Source: Verrucomicrobiota bacterium
Lineage (GTDB): Bacteria; Verrucomicrobiota; Kiritimatiellia; JAAZAB01
DNA: 60,966 nt
Direction of reading: 5' to 3'
Assembly: GCA_043814705.1 (NCBI GenBank)
Contig: JBDRJR010000051.1
Span: forward strand, 1-60,966
The notes under the pieces were generated by a model. The model did not search any database and was not told the DNA's origin. It saw only the letters and a program-made list of their open reading frames with translations. Positions within the stretch are counted from its first letter, which is position 1. Each line of letters starts with the position of its first letter. This document shows positions 42,549 to 50,960 of the stretch, piece by piece. A program made the position numbers and the translations under genes.

Positions 42549-44099
42549 TTATTCCTTTATCCCAGGCCGACCGGTGTCAGCCGTCTTTTCCTCGACGGGT
42601 TCCACATAGTCTTTCGGGCCAATGCCCAGCAAAAATTGCACTTTATCCAACAGGTCGCCGGGCATAAACGGTTTGGCCAGATAGTCGTCGGCCCCCTGTT
42701 TGGCAACCTCGTTTAACAACGGCGCATCTCCCGAAATCGCGAGAATCTTGAAGGCCCACGGTCGCAAGGAAAGCAACACCTGTTCGCCGCGCACGTCCGC
42801 CAGATGAATGTCGAGAATAACCAGGTTCGGCTTGAACTCCCCGGCAATGACCAGCGCCTCAAACCCGCTTAACGATGACTTGACCTCCAGCTTCAAATCA
42901 GAATTCCGAAGCACATTTTCGATCATGCGAACAATGGATGCCTCATCATCAACAATGAGAATCCGGGCGGGCAATTCTTTGTCGAACATCGGAATGGTAA
43001 ACGAAAAACAACTGCCTTTGCCCGGCACGCTTTCCACGGAAATACACCCGCCGTTAAATTCCACCAGGCTCTTGGCAATTTTCAACCCGAGCCCGGTACC
43101 CTTAGCCCCCGGACCATTCTGGCGATTGATCTGGACAAACGCCTCAAAGATTTTGTCGTGCGCATCATCGGGAATGCCAGGGCCGTTATCCTCAATTTCA
43201 ACGCGCAAAAAGCGGTTTTCTTCTTTGACGCGTATATGGATAACGCCGCCTTGCGGCGTAAATTTCTGGGCGTTGCCCAGCAGGTTTGTCAGGATATGTT
43301 GGACGCTTTTCACGTCGCAATGCGCTGTCGGCAAGTTGTCGGGAACATCCAGTATCAGCGACTGATCTTTGGTTTGGCACACGGGGAGAAAATCGTTGCG
43401 GAATTGAATCAGCAGGGCCGCTAAATCAACTTTCGTCTTGCGCAAATCCATCTTGCCGGCTTCAATCCGCGCCAAGTCCAGTATCTGGTTGACGAGTTCC
43501 GTGAGCCTGTCGCTATTGCGCAGAACCGCATCCAGGCATTGTTTCTGTTTCTCGTTCAGTGGGCCGACGGTTTCATCCCGGACCAGCGAAGCGAATTCCC
43601 GCATAATGGCCAGCGGCGTCCGGATTTCATGAGAGACTTCCGCTACAAACTGGGATTTCGACTCGTTAAGCTCGCGCAGGCGTTTTAAAGCATCCTCGCT
43701 GGACAATCTTACATGGTGCCGTTCAATGGCATAGCGGATGGAATGCGCCAACGCGCTGATATTCCCTTGTCCCTTGATAATATAATCCTGCGCGCCTTCC
43801 TGCACCAAACTAACGGCCAGGGTTTCATCCGCCATACTCGTCAACGCAATAATCGGCACTTCGGGAAACCGCCTGTAAATTTTTTGGAATGTATCTGCCC
43901 CCCGGCTGTCGGGCAGGGTAAGATCCAGCATGACCAGGTCAACACGTCCTTCGGCCAGCCGCGCAAGCGCCTGATCAAGCCGGCCAACCGCAAATACATT
44001 ATAATTAACATCTTTAACACTGCACAATTTTTCCTTGATCAACGTCACTTCGTCGGGATTGTCCTCGACAAGCAGGATATTAATTTGTTTTGTCTGCAT
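42549..44099 (-). CDS. Hybrid sensor kinase REC-HisKA-HATPase-REC
   Basis: N-terminal REC (INILLVEDNPDE..LVMLDLTLPDSRG), H-box SHEIRTPL, N/G boxes (NLLGNAQKF..DNGPGI..GTGLGL), C-terminal REC (RILIVDDEASIV..). Confidence 0.88.
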   Translation of the reverse strand: MQTKQINILLVEDNPDEVTLIKEKLCSVKDVNYNVFAVGRLDQALARLAEGRVDLVMLDLTLPDSRGADTFQKIYRRFPEVPIIALTSMADETLAVSLVQEGAQDYIIKGQGNISALAHSIRYAIERHHVRLSSEDALKRLRELNESKSQFVAEVSHEIRTPLAIMREFASLVRDETVGPLNEKQKQCLDAVLRNSDRLTELVNQILDLARIEAGKMDLRKTKVDLAALLIQFRNDFLPVCQTKDQSLILDVPDNLPTAHCDVKSVQHILTNLLGNAQKFTPQGGVIHIRVKEENRFLRVEIEDNGPGIPDDAHDKIFEAFVQINRQNGPGAKGTGLGLKIAKSLVEFNGGCISVESVPGKGSCFSFTIPMFDKELPARILIVDDEASIVRMIENVLRNSDLKLEVKSSLSGFEALVIAGEFKPNLVILDIHLADVRGEQVLLSLRPWAFKILAISGDAPLLNEVAKQGADDYLAKPFMPGDLLDKVQFLLGIGPKDYVEPVEEKTADTGRPGIKE

Positions 44100-44511
44100 G
44101 TTGAATCTCTTTTAGCCCAACGCAGTCTGTATCCGCAACCCAGAATTACCGTTGCCCGGCGGCCACCGCAAGCATTTATCACGAATGTTCTTTAAAGATG
44201 GCGGCCGGCATCCCGTCCGGACGTCTGCCGACATGATTTGCTTGTTTATTATAGCGGTTCCTGATGTGTCCGGCACTATGCGGGCAGTTGCGATTAATTA
44301 GGTTTTCTACCCAGAACGTATAACCAGCGTCAAAATACTTATAAATGATTTGCAGTATATCCGGGGGCGGGGCAACACACAAGCGCGAAATGATTCCCGG
44401 ATGGATATGAAAAAACTTGACTCTGCCCCGGGCCTGTCACATGCTGAATGCAGTTTGCCGTCCCGAAAGGCGCAATTACACAAGTCGCAACCTGACACAT
44501 GGACTTTTGCC

Positions 44512-45315
44512 ATGCTTATTGAAAACGCCGCCATTCTCAGTAACCGCCGGATTAAGGGCGGATATCGGCTACTGACGTTAAAGTCCGTGAAAATTGCGCC
44601 CATGGTTCAACCCGGCCAGTTTGTGCACCTGCGCGTGCCGCCTGCGGCGGATGCCATTTTGCGCCGCCCCTTCAGCGTGTTCCGGGCACAGGCCGGACAA
44701 TTGGCAATCTTATATAAAACCGTCGGCAAAGGCACACAGGCCATGGAATTGTTGCGCACGGGCGAAGAAGTCAACATCTTAGGCCCGCTTGGCAACGGAT
44801 ATCCCAACGCGCGCCAGAACAACCTGCCGGTGCTCGTGGCTGGCGGCTATGGCATGGCCGCGCTTTACCTGGTGGCCCAACGCGCGAGGGTCAAAGGGAT
44901 TGTGTTTGTCGGCGGAAAATGCGCGGATGATATCCTGTGCGCGGAAGATTTCCGGAAAATAGGCTGGAGCGTGCGCGTGGCTACCGAAGATGGAAGCGCC
45001 GGTAAAAAAGGACTCGTCACGCGTATTCTGGACACGTGGTTGGACAAAAATCTGCGCGGGCGCACCCCGGAGTTTTTCGCCTGCGGCCCAAACGGCCTGT
45101 TAAAGGCGGTATGCCAACGCGCCGAACGCGGCCAATGGCCGGGCTGGGTTTCCATGGACCGCCACATGGGTTGTGGCTTGGGCGCCTGCCTGGCTTGCGT
45201 GCAGAAAGTGCGATCCCCGGATGCGGCCGGCAAGGAAACATGGGCTTGGGCGCGTGTTTGCACGGAGGGGCCGGTTTTCGCATGCCGAGATATTATATGG
45301 GGAAATGTAGAATGA
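44512..45315 (+). CDS. pyrK: Dihydroorotate dehydrogenase electron-transfer subunit
   Basis: FAD/NAD-binding fold (RRPFSV), C-terminal 2Fe-2S Cys cluster (CGLGACLACV..VCTEGPVF). ATG at 44512. Confidence 0.85.
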   Translation: MLIENAAILSNRRIKGGYRLLTLKSVKIAPMVQPGQFVHLRVPPAADAILRRPFSVFRAQAGQLAILYKTVGKGTQAMELLRTGEEVNILGPLGNGYPNARQNNLPVLVAGGYGMAALYLVAQRARVKGIVFVGGKCADDILCAEDFRKIGWSVRVATEDGSAGKKGLVTRILDTWLDKNLRGRTPEFFACGPNGLLKAVCQRAERGQWPGWVSMDRHMGCGLGACLACVQKVRSPDAAGKETWAWARVCTEGPVFACRDIIWGNVE

Positions 45316-45340
45316 AGAATGCAGAATGAAAAATGAAAAA
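45304..45340. repeat. G(C/T/A)AGAAT heptamer tract covering the pyrK stop codon
   Basis: AATGTAGAATGAAGAATGCAGAATGAAAAATGAAAAA. The pyrK TGA is at 45313-45315. Confidence 0.9.
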
Positions 45341-45393
45341 CTCAGAAAAATTTATGCCTTTTGCGTCAATAAACAAGTTTTGCAAGTGCCTGC

Positions 45394-46329
45394 ATGAATA
45401 AGACCAAACCAGATCTTTCCATCCGCATCGGCGGGCTTGTCATGCAGAATCCGGTCATGACGGCTTCCGGCACATTTGGCTACGGGCCGGAATTTGCCCG
45501 GCTTATGGATCTCAACCAGCTGGGCGCCATCGTGGTCAAGGGCATCAGCCTTCAGCCCGTCCAAGGCAATCCCATCCCGCGTTTGGTGGAAGTGCCGGGC
45601 GGACTTTTGAATGCCATTGGCCTGCAGAATCCGGGGTTTGAGGGCTTTGTTCGCGACTATCTCCCATTCCTCAGGCAATACCGAACACCGGTAATCGTCA
45701 ACATCTGGGGCCGCACGATTGCGGAATACGCGGCTGTCGCCGAACGCTTCAGTAATGTGCCCGGCGTGCATGGTCTGGAACTGAATATTTCCTGCCCCAA
45801 CATCAAGCGTGGCGGCATCGCGTTCGGCGCCGATCCCAAAATGGCGCGGCGGGTCATCACCGCCGTGCGCGCGCGCACCCGCCTGCCGCTGATTCCCAAG
45901 CTTTCGCCGAACGTGCGGGCAATCGCCGAATTTGCGCGTATTGCCGAAGACTGCGGGGCCGATGCCGTCTCACTGATTAACTCGTTTCCCGCCATGGCGA
46001 TTGATGTCGAGACCCGGCGTCCGCTCCTGGCCAACATAACGGGCGGACTGACCGGCCCGGCCATTCACACCATCGCGCTCAAGATGGTCTGGGAAACGGC
46101 GCGTGCCGTCAAAATTCCCGTGATCGGCATGGGTGGCATCACCTCGGCCAGGGAGGCCTTAGCCTTCATCATTGCCGGGGCTTCCGCCGTTGCCGTCGGC
46201 ACGGCCAATTTCAGCGAGCCGCGATGTACACTGGCCGTCATCAAAGGCATCAAAGCCTATCTGGTGCGGCATCGTCTGCCTTCGGTGCGCGCCCTGGCGG
46301 GCACGCTGGAAACAAAAACCTTGAATTAG
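45394..46329 (+). CDS. pyrD: Dihydroorotate dehydrogenase 1B catalytic subunit
   Basis: NPVMTASGTFGYG..LELNISCPN..SLINS..GGLTGPAI..IGMGGI. Confidence 0.9.
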   Translation: MNKTKPDLSIRIGGLVMQNPVMTASGTFGYGPEFARLMDLNQLGAIVVKGISLQPVQGNPIPRLVEVPGGLLNAIGLQNPGFEGFVRDYLPFLRQYRTPVIVNIWGRTIAEYAAVAERFSNVPGVHGLELNISCPNIKRGGIAFGADPKMARRVITAVRARTRLPLIPKLSPNVRAIAEFARIAEDCGADAVSLINSFPAMAIDVETRRPLLANITGGLTGPAIHTIALKMVWETARAVKIPVIGMGGITSAREALAFIIAGASAVAVGTANFSEPRCTLAVIKGIKAYLVRHRLPSVRALAGTLETKTLN

Positions 46330-46383
46330 ACCCGGCAACTGTTTCACCTCTCCCGAGGGAGAGGGATTAAAATTGAAATTTCC

Positions 46384-48012
46384 ATGACAAAGGCTACCTG
46401 TATGACATTGCGACGACAATGGCTCACATCCTGCACGCTGGCGGTTTTCATGATCGCCGCGATCAGCTATCTATTCTGGATCCCATATGATCCCGTCGTC
46501 TTGTACCGCGCCATTCCCGCCGATGCCGTGCTGGTCAGTTCGCACCATAACCTGGCGCAACGCCGGCACCAGCTGGCCACGAACATCTGGTTGCATCCAC
46601 TGCTCGGCGCCGAAGAAACATCCGCGCAACCCCAAAACGCCGGCATATCCCGCCAGGAACTATCGAAGTTTTTACGTCTCATACGACTGGCCCGGCGCGA
46701 CACCTTGCTCGCGTATCTGCCGGCGCCAGGCGGTGGCAAGCCCGCTTGGATGGCGGCATCCTGGATTGGCGGCTGGAGTCCCTGTTTGCGCTGGGCTCTG
46801 TTTTGGGGCAAATGGCCGGGAATTAAAGAATTGGGCGCCTTCGGCGGGCGAACCATGTGGGGTCTGCAAACACCCTTGGCTAACAGCCAGCGACTATCGT
46901 TTGCCTGTGGTGACGGCGTCTTGCTGGCCTGCTTATCGCCCGATCCGGCCGCAATCCGTTATGTGCTCATGGCCTATGACGGATTGATACCTTCCACGCG
47001 GGCACTGGCCGAATTACGGGCCATGCCGCAACCGGTTGCACCGGATGTCGTGTGGGGGCAGTGGCAAGGTCACGCCAACGCGCAACAATTCACGCTGACC
47101 GGGGAGCTTACCCGCTTTGACAACCAGGGACTTTCCGCGACCATCCGGTTACGGCCCAGTCCATACCGCCCCGCCCGGTTGGCGGACAGTATGGGCATAG
47201 CTGCCGTAGAACAGACCCTCGGCAATTTGCCGGCATTGGTCATTGCACTGCCAATGCCTACGCTCCAGGACGGACTGCGCTCAACATCAACCAACCCCGA
47301 CTGGCTCCAGACAATCCGCCGCATTCTTCAATCCGACTGGATTTCACAGGATACCAACGGCCTGGCGCTGGCGCTTTTTACCGGCGAATACGGCGGCGGT
47401 TATGGCCGCAAGCCACTGCGCCTGAGCATCCCGGTCCTCATGGCTTTTACCCGCATACAACAACCGGAAAACTTGCGCCACCTGATCGGCCGTGAACTTG
47501 ACCTGCTTAACGCCCGGCACCGGCTGGGGCTTATCCAGGATCCCAACCCGATAGCCGTGGGGTCGCAAACAATTTGGACAATTGAAATCACCGGCAACAA
47601 ACCACACGCCACGCTGGAAGCGGAAGACCGGCCGGCCTACACCCTCATCGGCGATTGGCTGATTGTATCCAGCCAGGCCGGCAGTCTGGCCAAACTGATG
47701 CGACGATTTCAGAATCTGGGCAACGAAACTCCGCCGATGCCTGGGCGCCGGCACGGCGTAATGTCGGCCAAAAATACGGCGGGACTGGCATGGCTGGATC
47801 TTGATGCCGGCGGCAAGGCCATCCAACTGGCGTTAAGCTTATGGGGCTTAAGTCAGCGCACGGCCGACGCACCTTCAACACCGCACGCCATCAAGGCCGC
47901 GCGCACGCTCCTGGATCGAATCCGCCCGCTCCAATCCTGCACGTTGTGGATGGAACCGGAAGGTTCGAACATGGTTGTGCGCGTGGAAATCGGTCCGCGG
48001 GCGGAACTCTGA
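46384..48012 (+). CDS. Hypothetical membrane-anchored protein
   Basis: 542 aa with a single N-terminal TM (LTSCTLAVFMIAAISYLFWI). No motif recognised. Confidence 0.55.
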   Translation: MTKATCMTLRRQWLTSCTLAVFMIAAISYLFWIPYDPVVLYRAIPADAVLVSSHHNLAQRRHQLATNIWLHPLLGAEETSAQPQNAGISRQELSKFLRLIRLARRDTLLAYLPAPGGGKPAWMAASWIGGWSPCLRWALFWGKWPGIKELGAFGGRTMWGLQTPLANSQRLSFACGDGVLLACLSPDPAAIRYVLMAYDGLIPSTRALAELRAMPQPVAPDVVWGQWQGHANAQQFTLTGELTRFDNQGLSATIRLRPSPYRPARLADSMGIAAVEQTLGNLPALVIALPMPTLQDGLRSTSTNPDWLQTIRRILQSDWISQDTNGLALALFTGEYGGGYGRKPLRLSIPVLMAFTRIQQPENLRHLIGRELDLLNARHRLGLIQDPNPIAVGSQTIWTIEITGNKPHATLEAEDRPAYTLIGDWLIVSSQAGSLAKLMRRFQNLGNETPPMPGRRHGVMSAKNTAGLAWLDLDAGGKAIQLALSLWGLSQRTADAPSTPHAIKAARTLLDRIRPLQSCTLWMEPEGSNMVVRVEIGPRAEL

Positions 48013-48087
48013 ATAACATCCCACATCAATTTGTCCAAAAACATACACGCAAAAACGTGTATCGGACGCCCGGCATGCCTGCGCAGG

Positions 48088-48990
48088 TCAAGCCACCGGG
48101 CGCGTAGCCAATCCGATCGTCACGTGGCATCCCTGGATATGGTGTTCAAGGTTCTTGCGAATTGCATCAATGACCGGCTGAACCTGGGCCATGGTTTTGC
48201 GCGGGGCGAACTCGAGGAAGATATCAATGAAAACCCGATTACCCGACCGGCGCGAGCGGATGCCGTGCAAGGCCTCATACTCGTTGAACATGCGGGCCAG
48301 TTCGCGCAGGATGACGATCTGGGTTTCCTCCTCAAGCGTGCTATCGAGCAGGTCGTTGCAGGAACTTGAAACGATGCCTAGCGCGGCCAGGAGAATGAAC
48401 CCGGCAATGATCAGGGACGCGATCGGATCAATATACAGCGACCACGCATATTGGGCCAGCGCCTTGCTGAGTGTGAGCGAGAGCAGGATAAACACATTGG
48501 CAAACGCCTTGCTGATAAACAATCGCGCCTGCGAAGCCATAATCGGCGAGCCGTTGCGCGCGGCCATGCGCCGACTGGTCCAGTAAAGCGCGCCGTTCAC
48601 CCCGGTATAAACGATTTGGGACGCCATGCTGATCCAGATGCCAATCCCGGAAATGTGCGCCGGATGAAAAATGTGGAGCCCGGCATTCCCGGCCACAATG
48701 ATCAGACAGCCGACCATGAGGATACCGACAAACAAGCTCGCCAGGTTTTCAAGTTTGCCGATCCCGTATTCGAACCGGGGATCCGAACCGCGATTGATCC
48801 GGCGCATGACTAACCAGACCAGCAGGACCGCCACCAGTTCCAGGAAGGTCTTGAAGAAGTCCGCCATCAGCACCGTGGACCGCGCCGCGAGCAATGCGGT
48901 CAGGGTAATGACCATATCCAGCCCGCCGGCCAGCACGGCGGCGCGCGTTTCACGTTCTTTTGATCTCCCGCCGGTATTTTTCGTGCGCAT
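48088..48990 (-). CDS. Cation diffusion facilitator (CDF) family transporter
   Basis: Six TM plus a C-terminal cytoplasmic domain, typical of the CDF layout. ATG at 48990; the ORF-track M at 48993 is TTG. Confidence 0.75.
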   Translation of the reverse strand: MRTKNTGGRSKERETRAAVLAGGLDMVITLTALLAARSTVLMADFFKTFLELVAVLLVWLVMRRINRGSDPRFEYGIGKLENLASLFVGILMVGCLIIVAGNAGLHIFHPAHISGIGIWISMASQIVYTGVNGALYWTSRRMAARNGSPIMASQARLFISKAFANVFILLSLTLSKALAQYAWSLYIDPIASLIIAGFILLAALGIVSSSCNDLLDSTLEEETQIVILRELARMFNEYEALHGIRSRRSGNRVFIDIFLEFAPRKTMAQVQPVIDAIRKNLEHHIQGCHVTIGLATRPVA

Positions 48991-49047
48991 CAATCCATCC
49001 CGTCGCTCCGCCGTGTGTCCCCCAAAAACCTGCCCGACTTTCCCGGC

Positions 49048-49695
49048 TCAAATTATGTTTTCCGAAACAGGCCGCTTCGGCCGGCGCGCCGGCCAATCGG
49101 CGGGCGACTGGCCCAGCAGTTCGCTCCAAGTCTGCATAGCGCGTTTGAGAGCCATGGCACGGTGTGAAATTTTATTTTTGAGCGCGGCATCCATCTGTGC
49201 GAATGTCTGCTCGTAATTATCAGGCACAAAGAGCGGATCGTAGCCAAATCCCTGTTCGCCTCTGCTCGCGCGCAAAATCCGGCCATGGCAAACACCCTCG
49301 ACAATCTGGGCTCGACCGCTGGGGCTTGAAAGCGCCACGACACAAATGAATCGTGCCATGCGGTTTTCCTGATTTTCCAGCAGGCCTAACAGCTTGAGAT
49401 TGTTGGCCGTGTAATTAGCCGGTTCACCGGCAAAACGCGCCGAACAAACCCCCGGTTCTCCGTTTAGAGCGTCAACTTCCAAACCGGAATCATCCGCCAG
49501 CGTCCAGAGTTTCGTCAGCATCGCCAGCGAAACCGCCTTTTTGACGGCATTGGCGTGAAAAGTCTGACCGTCCTCAATGACTTGCGGAAGACTCTCAAAT
49601 TCATGAACGCCGACGATTTCAATGCCGGGCAGGTTGAAGATCGCGCGGATTTCCGTGAGCTTATGGGAATTACGGCTGGCAATCAGGAATTTCAT
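49048..49695 (-). CDS. rdgB: dITP/XTP pyrophosphatase (RdgB/HAM1)
   Basis: MKFLIASRNSHKLTEI..DDSGLEVDALNGEPGV.SAR..GFGYDPLF..SHR. Confidence 0.88.
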   Translation of the reverse strand: MKFLIASRNSHKLTEIRAIFNLPGIEIVGVHEFESLPQVIEDGQTFHANAVKKAVSLAMLTKLWTLADDSGLEVDALNGEPGVCSARFAGEPANYTANNLKLLGLLENQENRMARFICVVALSSPSGRAQIVEGVCHGRILRASRGEQGFGYDPLFVPDNYEQTFAQMDAALKNKISHRAMALKRAMQTWSELLGQSPADWPARRPKRPVSENII

Positions 49696-49815
49696 GGAAT
49701 ATAACTATAAGGCACAAAGCGGCAACATAAAGAAGTTGACAGGCCACGCGCTGAACGGCAGTATTACGGACAGTGTTTGCATTTACACGGGGAAGACGAA
49801 GCAACGCGAAGAAAG

Positions 49816-49898
49816 TGCACGGGGCGGGAGTTGAACCCGCACGTCATTTCTGACATTAGCCCCTTAAACTAACGCGTCTGCCATTCCGCCACCCGTGC
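49816..49898 (-). tRNA. tRNA-Leu, anticodon read as AAG
   Basis: Manual cloverleaf: acceptor GCACGGG/CCCGTGC, D-arm GCG-GAATGGCAGA-CGC, anticodon arm TTAGT-TTAAGGG-GCTAA, long variable arm TGTCAGAAATGACGT, T-arm GCGGG-TTCAACT-CCCGC, discriminator A. No encoded CCA. Confidence 0.85.
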
Positions 49899-50153
49899 AA
49901 CACAAGTTGGTTTACTGATAAATGTGGTTTACTATAAACCGTCCGCTCCAAAGATCAAGAACGAATATATCTAACCTGAATGATTCATGAACGATCATGA
50001 ATCATTCACCCTTCGGGCTTCGACTACGGCCTGAAAACAGGCCTTCGCTCAGGGTTAGCCTTGAGCAAGGCGCCTTGCGCCGCGTCGAAACTTGCAAATC
50101 ATACAATTGACATAATTGCATGATTTGCAAGTGACTATGAATAGGTCAGGCTA

Positions 50154-50954
50154 ATGACGCGCAAAAAAAACAAAAAATCTGCCGCCCCTATGTCCAACGC
50201 ATTCCCAAATAACACCGAAAGTGATGTGGTGCATTTGAAAGCGGGAGAGCATTTGCCGGTCGTGCCCGCTCCTTCGCCCACGACCGAAATGCTGAAACAG
50301 CTCCTGGAGCAGATGCTGGAAAACGAACGCCGGCGCCTGCGCAATGAGTATGTCCGCATTACCCTGCTTTTTCTCGTGTTTCTGGCCACGGCCATCGGCG
50401 GCGGCCTCTGGTTTGCCACCAGCCTGCTGGACCAACTGCGCGCGGAGCGGCAAATAGCGGAGCGATCGTTACAAGCCTTACTCCAGCGTGACACTCGGGA
50501 CAGAGGTCAGAGGTCAGAGGACAGAGGACAGAGGTCAGAGGTCAGAGAACAGGGGGCGGCAATCAGAAATCAGCAACCGGGCAAGTCAGAAATCAGCAAT
50601 ACATCCGCGCGCAACGTTCCGGCTCCAGCCGCCGACATTAATATTGTCCAGGCCCAGGCCGACATCAAACGGATCCTGGCCGACATGGAAGCTGAAAAGC
50701 AGGCGCTGGCTGATATGCTCCAATCCCAGGATGCGCAAACCAAGGACCTTTTACAAAATCGTGACAGTGATTTAAAAATTTTACACGAACGCATGCAAGA
50801 AATGCAACGCAAAATCATAAACGCGGCGCCATCCGAAGCGCAACCGGAAAAAAAAGCCGAGTCGGCGGCGGCAATTGAAGAGAAAGCGGACAATAGCCTG
50901 ACCATAAAAACCACTAACGCCATCACGCTTCGACTGCCGATTCCCGCGCCCTGA
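50154..50954 (+). CDS. Membrane-anchored coiled-coil protein, unknown
   Basis: 266 aa. One TM (ITLLFLVFLATAIGGGLWFA), Gln/Glu-rich coiled coil, repeat-encoded RDRGQRSEDRGQRSEVRE segment. Confidence 0.55.
   Translation: MTRKKNKKSAAPMSNAFPNNTESDVVHLKAGEHLPVVPAPSPTTEMLKQLLEQMLENERRRLRNEYVRITLLFLVFLATAIGGGLWFATSLLDQLRAERQIAERSLQALLQRDTRDRGQRSEDRGQRSEVREQGAAIRNQQPGKSEISNTSARNVPAPAADINIVQAQADIKRILADMEAEKQALADMLQSQDAQTKDLLQNRDSDLKILHERMQEMQRKIINAAPSEAQPEKKAESAAAIEEKADNSLTIKTTNAITLRLPIPAP
50499..50552. repeat. GAGGTCA/GAGGACA heptamer array inside the 50154 CDS
   Basis: GACAGAGGTCAGAGGTCAGAGGACAGAGGACAGAGGTCAGAGGTCAGAGAACAG. Confidence 0.9.
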
Positions 50955-50960
50955 ATTCAA

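Noticed and set aside
44271-44286. Sigma-54-like motif CGGCAC-n5-GGGCA on the plus strand upstream of pyrK.
   Set aside because: GG and GC spacing fits, but the -12 element lacks the TTGC core. It is ~230 nt from pyrK, which is not a typical sigma-54 target, and no enhancer-binding protein is nearby.
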